DNA of 64,000 bases from an uncultured Gemmataceae bacterium. Its GTDB lineage: Bacteria > Planctomycetota > Planctomycetia > Gemmatales > Gemmataceae. Below the pieces are notes generated by a model, which was given only the letters and a program-made list of their open reading frames with translations, ran no database searches and was not told the origin of the DNA. Location: contig CAVVPN010000003.1 of assembly GCA_963750165.1 (NCBI GenBank), positions 800,001 through 864,000 on the forward strand. The letters are read 5' to 3'. This document shows, one piece after another, positions 53,209 through 62,596 of this stretch. Numbering within the stretch: position 1 is the stretch's first letter; each line of letters starts with the position of its first letter. A program made the translations under genes and the position numbers.

Positions 53209-53813
53209 ATGAAAACCATCGTCTTCGACTTCGGCAACGTCCTCGGCTTCTTCGACCATTACCGCACGCTGAACAAGCTGACGCCGTACACCGACATGGC
53301 CGCCGCGGACATGCTCGCCGCGGTCTACGGCGCCGAACTGGAGGACGACTTCGAGTCGGGCGCATCAGCGCCGCGGAGTTCCTGCGGCAGTACCGCGCCC
53401 TGTGCCGGCTCACCTGCGAAGACGACTTCCTCCGCGCCGCCTGCGCCGACATCTTCCGGCCGAACGAACCCGTCTGCGCCCTGGTGCCGCGGCTCAAGGC
53501 GCAGGGCTACACCCTGCTGCTCGGCAGCAACACCAATGAAATCCACTCGGCCCACTTCCGCCAGCAGTTCGCGGACACGCTGCGGCACTTCGACGCCCTG
53601 GTGCTCTCGCACGAGGCCGGCGTGCGCAAGCCGCGGCCGGAGTTCTTCGCGCACTGTCAGCGTTTGGCGGGCTGCCCGCCGCGGGAGTGCGTCTTCATTG
53701 ACGACCTGGCCGCGAACGTCGCGGGGGCCGTGGCGTGCGGCTGGCACGGCATCGTGTATATTGACGCCGAAGACTTGCAGACGCGGCTGAAACAACTGGG
53801 CGTGCGACTGTGA
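53209..53813 (+). CDS. HAD-family phosphatase (frameshift ~53365)
   Basis: FDFGNVL, LGSNTN, RKPRP, FIDD. Confidence 0.85.
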
Positions 53814-53822
53814 GGGCGTGTC

Positions 53823-56090
53823 ATGGAGACCCCGTTGATTGTGGCGCTGGTCGTCGGCGGGCTGGGGTTGCTCGCGTTCCTGTGGTGGGGCAGCCCGCCG
53901 GCCCGCTGTTTCGCCGCCCACGGCGCCGCCAGCCGGGCGTACAACGCGGGCCGTTACGACGAGGCGGAACGACACGCGCGGCGGGCACTCGACCTGGTCG
54001 AGCGGCACCACCTGGACGAGCGGCTCTACCTCGCCGCCCTGAACCTGCTCGGCCAGATCAACATGGCCCAGGGGAAGCTCGACGAGGCGGAGGAACTGCT
54101 CAGGGACTCGCTGGAGGGGATGAAGCGGCGGCTGCGGCCGGATCACCCGGACGTGGCGGCCGGGCTGAACAACCTCGGCAAGCTCTGCAGCGAGCGCGGC
54201 CACTACGACGCGGCGGAGATGTACTACCGCCAGGCGCTGGAAATCTGGCAGAAGGCCCACGGGCCGGACCACGACCACGTTACCACGGCCCTGAACAACC
54301 TCGGCAACGTCTACCTGCAACAGTCCCGCTACGCGGAAGCCGCGGTCGTCCTGGAGCGCAGCCTGGCCGTCCGCGAGCGGCGCCACGGCCCCGGCCACGC
54401 CGAGGTCGCCCAGGCCCGCAACAACCTCGCCAACTGCTACGCCAGCCAGGGCGACTACGCCGCGGCGGAAGCCCTTTACGAGAAGGCGCTGGCCGACGCC
54501 GAGCGCGCACTGGGGCCGGACCACCCGACGGTGGCGCACGTCTGGCAGAACCTGGGCAGCCTTTACTCGAAGCAGGGGAAGTACGACGCGGCCGACGCGG
54601 CCCAGCAGCGGTCCCTGGCCATCAAGCAGCGGGCCTTCGGCGGCGACCACGCGGAGATCGCCAGCGCGCTGAACAACGAGGCGGTGCTGTGCCATAGGCG
54701 CGGCGACTACCGCACGGCCGAGCAGCTCTGGCGGCAGGCGCTGGCCATGAAGGAGCGCCTGCTCGGCCCGGACCACCCGCAGGTGGCACTGGGGCTGAAC
54801 AACCTGGGGGCCGTGGCCCAGGCGCAGGCCCGGTACGACGAGGCCGAGGCATACTTCCGCCGCGCCCTCGCCGTCCACGAGTGCAACGACCCGAACCACC
54901 CGAACGTGGCCAAATGCCTGAACAACCTCGGCATGGTGCAGTCCACCCGCGGGCACCACGCGCAGGCCCGGGCGCTGCTCGAACGGTCGCTCGCCGCCGA
55001 CGAGCGCACGCGGGGGCCGGACCACCCCGAGGTCGCCCACCGCCTCAACAACCTGGCGGTGCTGTGCATCCGCGAAGGCAAGTACGCCCAGGCCGAGCAG
55101 CTGCTGCGCCGCGCGCTGGCCATCCGCGAAAAAGCGCTCGGCCCGGACCACCCGGACGTGGGCCAGGCCCTGCTCAACCTGTCGTCCGTCTACCTCGAAC
55201 TGGGCAAACCCGCCGACGCCCTGCCGCTGTGCCGGCGCGGCCTGGAGGTGCAGGAAAAGCGGCTGGGGCCGGAGCACCCGCACCTGGCGCAGGCGTTCAA
55301 CAACCTGTGCGTCATCTACCAGCAGCAGGCCCGCTTCGACGAGGCGGAGCCGCCGGGCCGGCGGGCGCTGGCCATCCGGCAGAAGGCGCTGCCGCCGGGC
55401 CACCCGGACGTGGGCGAGTGCCTGATGAACCTCGGGTCGCTGCTGCTGCGCCGCGGGCGCTACGACGAGGCGGAGCCGTACTACCGCGATTCGGTGGCGC
55501 TGTTCGCGACGGCGCTGGGCCAGGGGCACGCGCGCTACGCGGCGGCGGTCAACAACCTGGGGGCGCTGCACGCGCGGCAGGGCCGTTACGCCGAGGCGGA
55601 GCCGCTGCTGCGGGAGGCGCTGGACGTCCGCCGGCAAGCGCTGGGGCCGGACCACCACACGCTGGGCGAGACGTGGACGCGGCTGGCCGAGCTGTATCTG
55701 TGGCAGGGCCGGCCCGCGGAGGCGGAGGCTGTGGCCCGTCAGGCGGTGGTGGCCCGTGGGGCGGGACTGGGGCCGGACCATCCTTCCGTGGGGCAGAGTT
55801 TGGTGGTGCTGGGGGATGCTTGCCGCGACCAGGGCCGGCAGGATGAGGCGGAGCCGCTGTACCGCCAGGCCCTCGGCATCCTGGAAGCGGCGTGGGGGGC
55901 AGAGCACCCCGAGGTGGCGAAGGCGCTGCGCGGCTGGGGCCGGCTGCACCTGGCCCGCGGCGACCGCGGCGCGGCCGAGCCGCTGCTGAGCCGCGCCTTC
56001 GTGATCCGCGAACGAACACTCGGGGGGGAGCATCCCGAGACGACCGAGAGCCGGCGCGATTGCGACGAGTGCGGGCGGGGCGGTTCTTGA
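53823..56090 (+). CDS. Membrane-anchored TPR protein (kinesin-light-chain-type 42-aa repeats)
   Basis: Repeated LGPDHP.VA..LNNLG. Confidence 0.9.
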   Translation: METPLIVALVVGGLGLLAFLWWGSPPARCFAAHGAASRAYNAGRYDEAERHARRALDLVERHHLDERLYLAALNLLGQINMAQGKLDEAEELLRDSLEGMKRRLRPDHPDVAAGLNNLGKLCSERGHYDAAEMYYRQALEIWQKAHGPDHDHVTTALNNLGNVYLQQSRYAEAAVVLERSLAVRERRHGPGHAEVAQARNNLANCYASQGDYAAAEALYEKALADAERALGPDHPTVAHVWQNLGSLYSKQGKYDAADAAQQRSLAIKQRAFGGDHAEIASALNNEAVLCHRRGDYRTAEQLWRQALAMKERLLGPDHPQVALGLNNLGAVAQAQARYDEAEAYFRRALAVHECNDPNHPNVAKCLNNLGMVQSTRGHHAQARALLERSLAADERTRGPDHPEVAHRLNNLAVLCIREGKYAQAEQLLRRALAIREKALGPDHPDVGQALLNLSSVYLELGKPADALPLCRRGLEVQEKRLGPEHPHLAQAFNNLCVIYQQQARFDEAEPPGRRALAIRQKALPPGHPDVGECLMNLGSLLLRRGRYDEAEPYYRDSVALFATALGQGHARYAAAVNNLGALHARQGRYAEAEPLLREALDVRRQALGPDHHTLGETWTRLAELYLWQGRPAEAEAVARQAVVARGAGLGPDHPSVGQSLVVLGDACRDQGRQDEAEPLYRQALGILEAAWGAEHPEVAKALRGWGRLHLARGDRGAAEPLLSRAFVIRERTLGGEHPETTESRRDCDECGRGGS

Positions 56091-56170
56091 AGGGAGCCCG
56101 CAGCGCCAGCAAGGGTAGGACCTCTACCCTTGCTGGCGCTGCGGGCTCCCTTCAAGCAAGGGCCGCCGCG

Positions 56171-56485
56171 TCACGAGGACGCCCTGGCGGCGTTGCGCTT
56201 GCGGGTGGCCGCCGCCTTCTTCGCGGAGGCGGAGCGCGCCGCGGCCGGTCGTGCCGCCGACGCCTGGCCGCCCTTGTGGCCGCCCTTCTTGCTCGACTCG
56301 TTCGTGTCCTCTTTGCCGCGGCCACTGCCCGACTTGTTGCCGCCGCCGGTCTCCTTGTTGACCGTCGCCCAGGCCCGCCGCGCGGCCTCTTGCTCATCCA
56401 CGCCGCGGCTCTCGTAGCCCTCCTCGATGTGCTCCGCCTGGCGTTTCTGCTTGTCCGTGTACTTCGACTTGTCCCCGCGTGGCAT
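56171..56485 (-). CDS. Small basic hydrophilic stress protein (KGG motif; often labelled plasmid stabilization protein)
   Basis: MPRGDKSKYTDKQKRQAEHIEEGY..AWATVNK..KKGG. Confidence 0.8.
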   Translation of the reverse strand: MPRGDKSKYTDKQKRQAEHIEEGYESRGVDEQEAARRAWATVNKETGGGNKSGSGRGKEDTNESSKKGGHKGGQASAARPAAARSASAKKAAATRKRNAARASS

Positions 56486-56586
56486 GGCCTTACCCTCCTT
56501 CTCGGTGCAAAATCAGATCACGGCCCCGGCGCTTGCCGGGCGCCTGGCTGCGATCAACGCATGGTTCCGACCAGTAAGATTACATG

Positions 56587-56601
56587 GCAAATCGTGTGCC
56601 G
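56587..56601 (-). promoter_or_regulatory. sigma-54 -24/-12 promoter motif
   Basis: CGGCAC-ACGAT-TTGC upstream of 56485. Confidence 0.7.
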
Positions 56602-56636
56602 CCCGTCTCGGACGGACCTGTCACAGCAGGGCATCC

Positions 56637-56781
56637 AATCTCGACGTATGAAAAAGATGGCCCCCTTGGCCCAACCGCACTGGCTATCTTCGGCTTGCCC
56701 AAGTCGTTGGCAGTGGCTAGGTTTTCTCCTGGCCCCGGGCGGGTTGGGCCAAGGGGGCCAACTTTTTCATACGTCGAGATT
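56637..56781. mobile_element. MITE-like element with ~40-bp terminal inverted repeats
   Basis: AATCTCGACGTATGAAAAAG.TGGCCCCCTTGGCCCAACC and its reverse complement; related ends at 43943 and 44043. Confidence 0.55.
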
Positions 56782-56817
56782 TGGCACCCTTCACCGCCAC
56801 TTCCGGAGAGCATCGTC

Positions 56818-57378
56818 ATGCGGCCGCACTGGATCGAGCGTTACCGCGAGCACTTCCGCGCCTACTTCGGCGCACCGTTCGACAGCCGGCCCTATCGGCA
56901 GGAGGACGGCACGCCAATCGAGGTCGTCACCTACGACCAGCGCTATCCGAAATTCCGGGTGTTCGTGTCGCTGGGCCTGGTCAACTACGCCCTGGACGTG
57001 AAGGAGGTGGCGGAGGTAATCGCGCTGACGGACGCGGCGTGGAAGGAAGTACCGCTGCTGTTCGTCAACACCCTGTTCTTCGCGGTGCAGCAGCGCATCC
57101 CGCTGGATTCGCGCTTCGCGGTCGGCGTGTCGGCGCTGGATCCGGCGTTCGCGGAGCACTACGACAAGAGCGCTCTGTTCTTCACAACCGCGGACGGCTT
57201 CGGCGAGGGCTTCGAGCAACTGGACCTGGGCGACGCCACCGGCGCGGTCTACCAGGCCCTGTTCATCTCGCCGGCGGAGAAGGATTTTCTCGGGCGCCAC
57301 GGCGGCCCGGCGCTGGAGGCGAAACTGCGGGCCCAGGACGCCGACCTGTGCAGCCTGCGGCGGCCGTCGTGTGTGTAA
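56818..57378 (+). CDS. Suppressor-of-fused (SUFU)-domain-like protein
   Basis: YREHFRAYFG, FVSLGL, LFISPAEKDF..GG.ALE, RRPSCV. Confidence 0.6.
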   Translation: MRPHWIERYREHFRAYFGAPFDSRPYRQEDGTPIEVVTYDQRYPKFRVFVSLGLVNYALDVKEVAEVIALTDAAWKEVPLLFVNTLFFAVQQRIPLDSRFAVGVSALDPAFAEHYDKSALFFTTADGFGEGFEQLDLGDATGAVYQALFISPAEKDFLGRHGGPALEAKLRAQDADLCSLRRPSCV

Positions 57379-57384
57379 AACATA

Positions 57385-57545
57385 TTCACCACAGAGAACG
57401 CAGAGCGCGGAGTCAAGACAAAAAGAGGATCCACAGATGACACAGATAAAGACAAATTCAAATGTCTTTATCTGTGTCATCTGTGTCATCTGTGGATCAA
57501 TTCTTCTGTCTGTTCTCTGCGCTCTCCGCGTGCTCCGTGGTGAAT
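57385..57545. repeat. Nested inverted repeat (CACAGATGACACAGAT / CACAGAG types)
   Basis: Inner and outer inverted repeats between convergent genes. Confidence 0.7.
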
Positions 57546-57549
57546 TTTT

Positions 57550-58017
57550 TCAATGGTCGTTCTTCTTCGCCTCGTCCGGGTACACGTCCGGCAGCGCGTT
57601 GGCTTGCACCTCCAGTGCGGGTAGATCGTCCGAGCTGTCGTCGGCCACATGCGTGCGGCGGTCGAGAAGACGCTCCAGGTCGCGCTGGTTGATTTGCTCG
57701 GTGCGCTCGTTCGGCGACACCGGTGGCGGCAGGTCGGGACCGAAATCGACCTTGTAGCGGAACTGGGCGATGCTGAGCTGGTCGTTTGGCAGCAGCGCCG
57801 CCCGCCGCACCCGCGCGCCGTTGACGCGCGTGCCGTTGGTGCTACCGAGGTCGCGCAGCAACAGCAGGCCGTCCGTCTTGACGATGACGCAGTGCATCTT
57901 CGAGACGCTCTTGTGGTCGATGCGCAGGTCGCAGCCCTCCGTGCGGCCCACCAGCGTCATGTCCTTGACGATGGCGATGGGCTGACCGCCCTCCAGAGGT
58001 ATCAGTTGGGCGCGCAT
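57550..58017 (-). CDS. FHA-domain protein
   Basis: VGR, SVSKMHC, DLGSTNGTRVNG. Confidence 0.9.
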   Translation of the reverse strand: MRAQLIPLEGGQPIAIVKDMTLVGRTEGCDLRIDHKSVSKMHCVIVKTDGLLLLRDLGSTNGTRVNGARVRRAALLPNDQLSIAQFRYKVDFGPDLPPPVSPNERTEQINQRDLERLLDRRTHVADDSSDDLPALEVQANALPDVYPDEAKKNDH

Positions 58018-58127
58018 GGCCCCTCCCACGACGACAGACAACCTTCGATCATTGGTTGTATTATAATGGACGGATCGCGCGGAAGTCGATTCGTCAAGGC
58101 CCGTCGCCAGAAAAGGCAGGGACGCCG

Positions 58128-59420
58128 ATGCATGTTGTTCATTTTGTGCAGCGTTATCCGCCCGCCCTGGGCGGCTCCGAGGCGTACTTCGCCCGGCTCG
58201 GCCGCTTCCTGGCCGGCCACGGCGACCGCGTCACCGTCTTCACCACCACCGCGCTCGACCTCGAAGCGTTCTGGTCGCCACACGCCGCGGCGCTGCCGCC
58301 CGGTGTCGCCACCATGGACGGCGTCACGGTGCGCCGCTACCCCGTGACGCACTGGCCCGGCCGCCGCTACGTCCTCAAGGCGCTGTCGCTGCTGCCCTGG
58401 CGTCCCCTGCAAGCGCTGGGCCTGCCCTGCAATCCGATCAGCTGGCCCATGCGCTGCGCCGCCGACCACTGGGACGAGCCCGTCGATGTCGTCCACGCCA
58501 GCGCCCTGCCCTACACCTGGCCGCTCTGGTGCGGCCTGCGTCTGGCGCGGCGCCGCCGTGTGCCGTTTGTGCTGACGCCGTTCCTGCACGCCGGCGACCC
58601 CGCCGACCCGCACGACCCGATCCGCCGCGCTTACACCCGGCCGGGACTGCGCTGGCTGCTGCGGCAGGCGGACGTGCTGTTCGCGCAGACGGAACTGGAG
58701 CGGGCCGCTTTGCTCGACGTGGGCGTCGCGGCGGGGCGCGTGGTCCTGCAAGGGCTCGGCGTCGATGCTTCGGAGTGTACCGGCGGCGACCGCGCTGCGG
58801 CCCGGCAGCGCTGGGGTTGTGACGACGCGGATGTGGTCATCGGCCATCTGGCGAACCACAGCCGTGAGAAGGGCACCGTGGACCTGGTGTGTGCGTTCGA
58901 GCGGCTGGCGCGGCTGAACGGAGCGTGCCGGCTGATGCTGGCGGGGCCGGAGATGCCGAATTTTCGGCACTTCTGGCAGGACTGGTCCGGCCGACAGCCG
59001 CTGGCGCTGCTGGAGCGCGTGCGCCGGCTGGGCGTGCTGGACGAAACCGGGAAGCGCGATTTCTTCGCGGGGATTGATGTGTTCGCGCTGCCGAGCCGGT
59101 CGGACTCGTTCGGCCTGGTGCTGCTGGAGGCGTGGGCCAACGGTGTGCCCAACGTCGCCTACCGGGCTGGCGGTGTCGCGGAAGTGGTGCGGCACGAGGA
59201 GGACGGGTTGCTGGTGCGCTGTGGCGCAGTGGATGAACTGGCGGAGAGGCTGCGGCGGCTGGCGGAACAACCGGAGTTACGGCACACGCTGGGCGAGCGC
59301 GGCCGGCGGCGGGCATTGGATGAATTACGGTGGGAAGAGCGGTTGGAGGTGGTGAGGCGGACGTGCCAGGAGGCAACGAACCCTTGCGGCGCGTTTCACT
59401 ATTGCGACTCGCATGGTTGA
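58128..59420 (+). CDS. Glycosyltransferase family 4
   Basis: YPPALGGSE, PSRSDSFGLVLLEAW..P. Confidence 0.9.
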   Translation: MHVVHFVQRYPPALGGSEAYFARLGRFLAGHGDRVTVFTTTALDLEAFWSPHAAALPPGVATMDGVTVRRYPVTHWPGRRYVLKALSLLPWRPLQALGLPCNPISWPMRCAADHWDEPVDVVHASALPYTWPLWCGLRLARRRRVPFVLTPFLHAGDPADPHDPIRRAYTRPGLRWLLRQADVLFAQTELERAALLDVGVAAGRVVLQGLGVDASECTGGDRAAARQRWGCDDADVVIGHLANHSREKGTVDLVCAFERLARLNGACRLMLAGPEMPNFRHFWQDWSGRQPLALLERVRRLGVLDETGKRDFFAGIDVFALPSRSDSFGLVLLEAWANGVPNVAYRAGGVAEVVRHEEDGLLVRCGAVDELAERLRRLAEQPELRHTLGERGRRRALDELRWEERLEVVRRTCQEATNPCGAFHYCDSHG

Positions 59421-59723
59421 TTTTGGGAATTGGGTCGATTGCACTCGCATGGCGCTCAACTTTCCCCAAAGGCGGAGTTTGACCGTGGCCATCGATCCTG
59501 AGGAATTCGCGAGGTTGCTCGGCGCGGTCCCGATGTAGACGGCGGCCCGTTCGGAATGGTGCGGCTGGCTTGCGACCTCCTCTCTTGATAAGTCACGTCC
59601 GCTTCCGCGGCAAGGGCTCTCCTTTGTGATGTGGTATGTCCGAGCCCGAGCGCCAGCGCGGGGCCAGCGTTGCCCCGCGCTGGCGCTCGGGCTCGGACCC
59701 AGAATCACCAGCGCGATGCCGCC

Positions 59724-60491
59724 TCAGCCGTCGCGCCGCGCCGCCGCGGGCCGGCTCTCCAGCGGCACCACCTTCGGGTGCGGCACCACCACCGCCTCGA
59801 CGCCCCCGTGCCGCCGTTGCAGCTGCGCGAAGTCCAGCCGCAGGAACGCGAACAGCATCGGGTCGGGACCGTTGGCCAGATACTCCCGCGCCAGCGCCGC
59901 CATCTGCTCGTCGTAGCGCTTCTGGCTGCGCGAGTGCAGGGCATAGCGGCCCTCGTGGCGGCGCAGGTCGCCGTCGAACGCCGGGCTGAGGTGGAACAGC
60001 TCGTGGAAGATGGTGATGAACTTGTCGTCGAAACTCTGGTCGAGGAAGCGCGGCAGGCAGAACGTCATCAGGTACAGGAATTCGCGGCCGTCCAGGGCGT
60101 AGCGCTGCACCGTGTAGGTGACGCCGCGGCGCTCGCGAGTGAGGCTGCCGTCGGTGAAGCGCAGCGGCGTGACGCGGGCCTGCAAGCCGTGCGTGCGACC
60201 GCTGCGCGCCTGCGTGGCCGCGATCAGCAGCCGCTCCGGGTCCACGTGCCGTAGTTCGCGGCAGCGTTCGGCCACGTCGGCGAGGAGGCGGCGGACGTGA
60301 CCGCAGAAGTCGAAGGGGGCGTTGCGCAGACCGGTGGGCAGGCGCGGGTCGGCGTCCACGGGGGGCCGGCCGCCGCGGCGGCCGGTTGGGGCGCGGATGA
60401 GGCGCACCGGCAACGGCGCCTCGGGCTCGTGCCAGTGGAAGAGCAGCTGGGGCTGGGCGGCGGTCGCGGGGTTCGTGCAAGACGCGGCCAC
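59724..60491 (-). CDS. Putative phage-type metallopeptidase-like protein
   Basis: TIFHELFH (HExxH); GTG start after AGGAGA. Confidence 0.65.
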   Translation of the reverse strand: MAASCTNPATAAQPQLLFHWHEPEAPLPVRLIRAPTGRRGGRPPVDADPRLPTGLRNAPFDFCGHVRRLLADVAERCRELRHVDPERLLIAATQARSGRTHGLQARVTPLRFTDGSLTRERRGVTYTVQRYALDGREFLYLMTFCLPRFLDQSFDDKFITIFHELFHLSPAFDGDLRRHEGRYALHSRSQKRYDEQMAALAREYLANGPDPMLFAFLRLDFAQLQRRHGGVEAVVVPHPKVVPLESRPAAARRDG

Positions 60492-60775
60492 GGTCGATCT
60501 CCTGGAGCCCCGGATTATGGGCGGTCCGTCCCGACCCATCTCCCCGCAGATGATACCGCGCCGCGCCGGCGACACACGGGAAAAAATTTTAATCTTCGCC
60601 AGCTGCGAAGGGCGTGGGGTTCGGAGTGCTGACGTTTGGGGAGCAGCCGGCAAATGCGTTAAACTCCGCACTGTCGGCCGGTCGATACATCCACAGCACA
60701 ACTCTCCGAAGCGTGTGGATAGCGGAACGAACCTGGGCCGACCGCCGGCCCCGTCGGGTGGGCGAGGAGGAAGTC

Positions 60776-61036
60776 ATGAAACGCACGCGCCGCTGGCCGT
60801 GGTTGCTCGTGAGCGGCTTCGCTCTGGCGACGCTGGTCGGCTGTCAGACCTACGTCCCCGAAGCGAGCCTGACCCTGCCGTCGGGCTTTTATCTGAAGCA
60901 TCCGCCGCAGTACATCCCGCCCTCGCCGGCGTACCCGCTGAGCCGCGAATTGACCCACCTGGAAGAGGCGTCGCTGCAGCAGCAGGCGCCGCCGGTGCCG
61001 CCGCAGCTGGCGCCGGGCGGCGGGGCGCTGCCGTGA
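60776..61036 (+). CDS. Small lipoprotein
   Basis: GAGGAGG RBS; LVGC lipobox; TLPSG.YL.HPPQY. Confidence 0.7.
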   Translation: MKRTRRWPWLLVSGFALATLVGCQTYVPEASLTLPSGFYLKHPPQYIPPSPAYPLSRELTHLEEASLQQQAPPVPPQLAPGGGALP

Positions 61037-61157
61037 GGATGAGGGGGTGAGGGGGTGAATGGGTGAGGGGGTGAAAGAGCGATACTTGCGTCTTTCACCC
61101 CCTCACCCATTCACCCCCTCACCCCCTCACCCATTCACCTCCTCATACGATAAAGGC

Positions 61158-61565
61158 ATGGCACGTTTCACCATCCTCGAACACGACCACCCCACGCTGC
61201 ACTGGGACCTGCTGCTGGAAGCGGGTGAAACGCTGCGCACCTGGCGGTTGGCCCAGCCGCCCGAAGGTCCGCAGCCCATCCCGGCCACGCCGCTGCCCGA
61301 TCACCGCCTTGTTTACCTCGACTACGAAGGCCCCGTCAGCGGCAACCGTGGCGTCGTCCGCGCCTGGGACCGCGGCACCTTCGCACCGGACCTGCCCGCC
61401 GCGAACCCGGCACGCCTGGAACTGCGCTTGCACGGCGGCCGCGTCAATGGCACCGCCCTCCTGTGGCGGCAGGAGGGCGGGGACTGGGTGTTTCAGTGGA
61501 TCGGGGAAGACACCGCGGTCAGTTGCCGGCCGGCGGCGCCGCCAGATGCACTGGCGGCAGACTGA
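61158..61565 (+). CDS. LigD 3'-phosphoesterase-like stand-alone domain
   Basis: RFTILEH..HWDLLLE, DHRLVYLDYEG, WDRG. Confidence 0.8.
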   Translation: MARFTILEHDHPTLHWDLLLEAGETLRTWRLAQPPEGPQPIPATPLPDHRLVYLDYEGPVSGNRGVVRAWDRGTFAPDLPAANPARLELRLHGGRVNGTALLWRQEGGDWVFQWIGEDTAVSCRPAAPPDALAAD

Positions 61566-62242
61566 GGGCGGCCCCTTCCAGCGAACGGCCAACGATGGTC
61601 AGCACGCCCGGCCGCACATCCACCTGCCGCAGCACCACGCTGGGCCGGTCCTTGTCGCCGCGGAACTGAATGGCGGCCGTCGGGTGGCCGTTGTAGCGAA
61701 ACCAGGTCACATCGATATTCGGGCCGCGGACCACTTCGGAGAGCTGTTCGAGGAACGGCTGCGGCGCGATCGGCAGCGCCCCCGCCTGCATCCCATGCAA
61801 CTCCAGTACGACGACGTTCGGCTCCTTGGCGGCCATCCACACCTTGAACTCGGCGGACAGGATGGTGCTGAAAAAGCCTTCGCCGTAGCGGAAGGCCAGG
61901 CGCAGCGCGCTGATCCTGCTCCAGGACGAGACGGGGGCCGCTGAAGTTGGCGGGCAGGAGCTTGTCGGCGATGCCCATGCGGATGAAGTCTTCCTCGAAA
62001 AAGCTGTTGATCTGGGCCTCGTTGAACGAGAGCTGCCATTTCGGCTCCAGGGCGATGGAGGCCAGACGGCCGGACTCGGTGACGAAGGCGGCGGACCACT
62101 GCTGCCGCTGTTTGCCTGGCTTGATGCTGACCCGGTTGTAAAAGCTGGGCTCGTGTTTGACCAGCAGGCCAAGCGTCAGCACAACGCCGGTGAACAGCCC
62201 GAGCCCAATTGCCGCGCCCACGAGCCATCGCTTGCGACGCAT
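61519..62242 (-). CDS. Hypothetical membrane-anchored protein (frameshift ~61910)
   Basis: N-terminal TM; coherent continuation LRLAFRYG..AGALPI in a second frame. Confidence 0.6.
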
Positions 62243-62596
62243 ACGCGCCCCCGGCTTGAAGAGGAAGGGTGACCAGGTGACACGGTGCCACTCCAGGGCG
62301 GCGTATAACCGGCGGCTGGTGATGGGTCAACGCCTTCTTCAGTCTGTCAACCTGTGGCAGTCATTTTTCCCGTCTTGCCGCTGGCGTCCCCTTCCCGCCT
62401 CTGTTACAATTTCTTCATAACCTGCCTGTGATCCGCCCTGTGCCCACACGACCGCGGACCTGCCGAAGAAGTTGTTGCGTTGCCGACCGTCACCGACAAC
62501 AATGGAAGCAATACTGCCAGCTTTCCGACCACGATGCCACAGGCGCGACCGGTTCCGCGGTCGCCCTGTCCGTGTCACCAACGAGGGGGGAAACTC

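Noticed and set aside
49585..53790. Apparent WD40-HAD fusion in the ORF track
   Set aside because: Produced by frameshifts; the HAD gene has its own RBS and ATG at 53209 and a palindrome separates the genes
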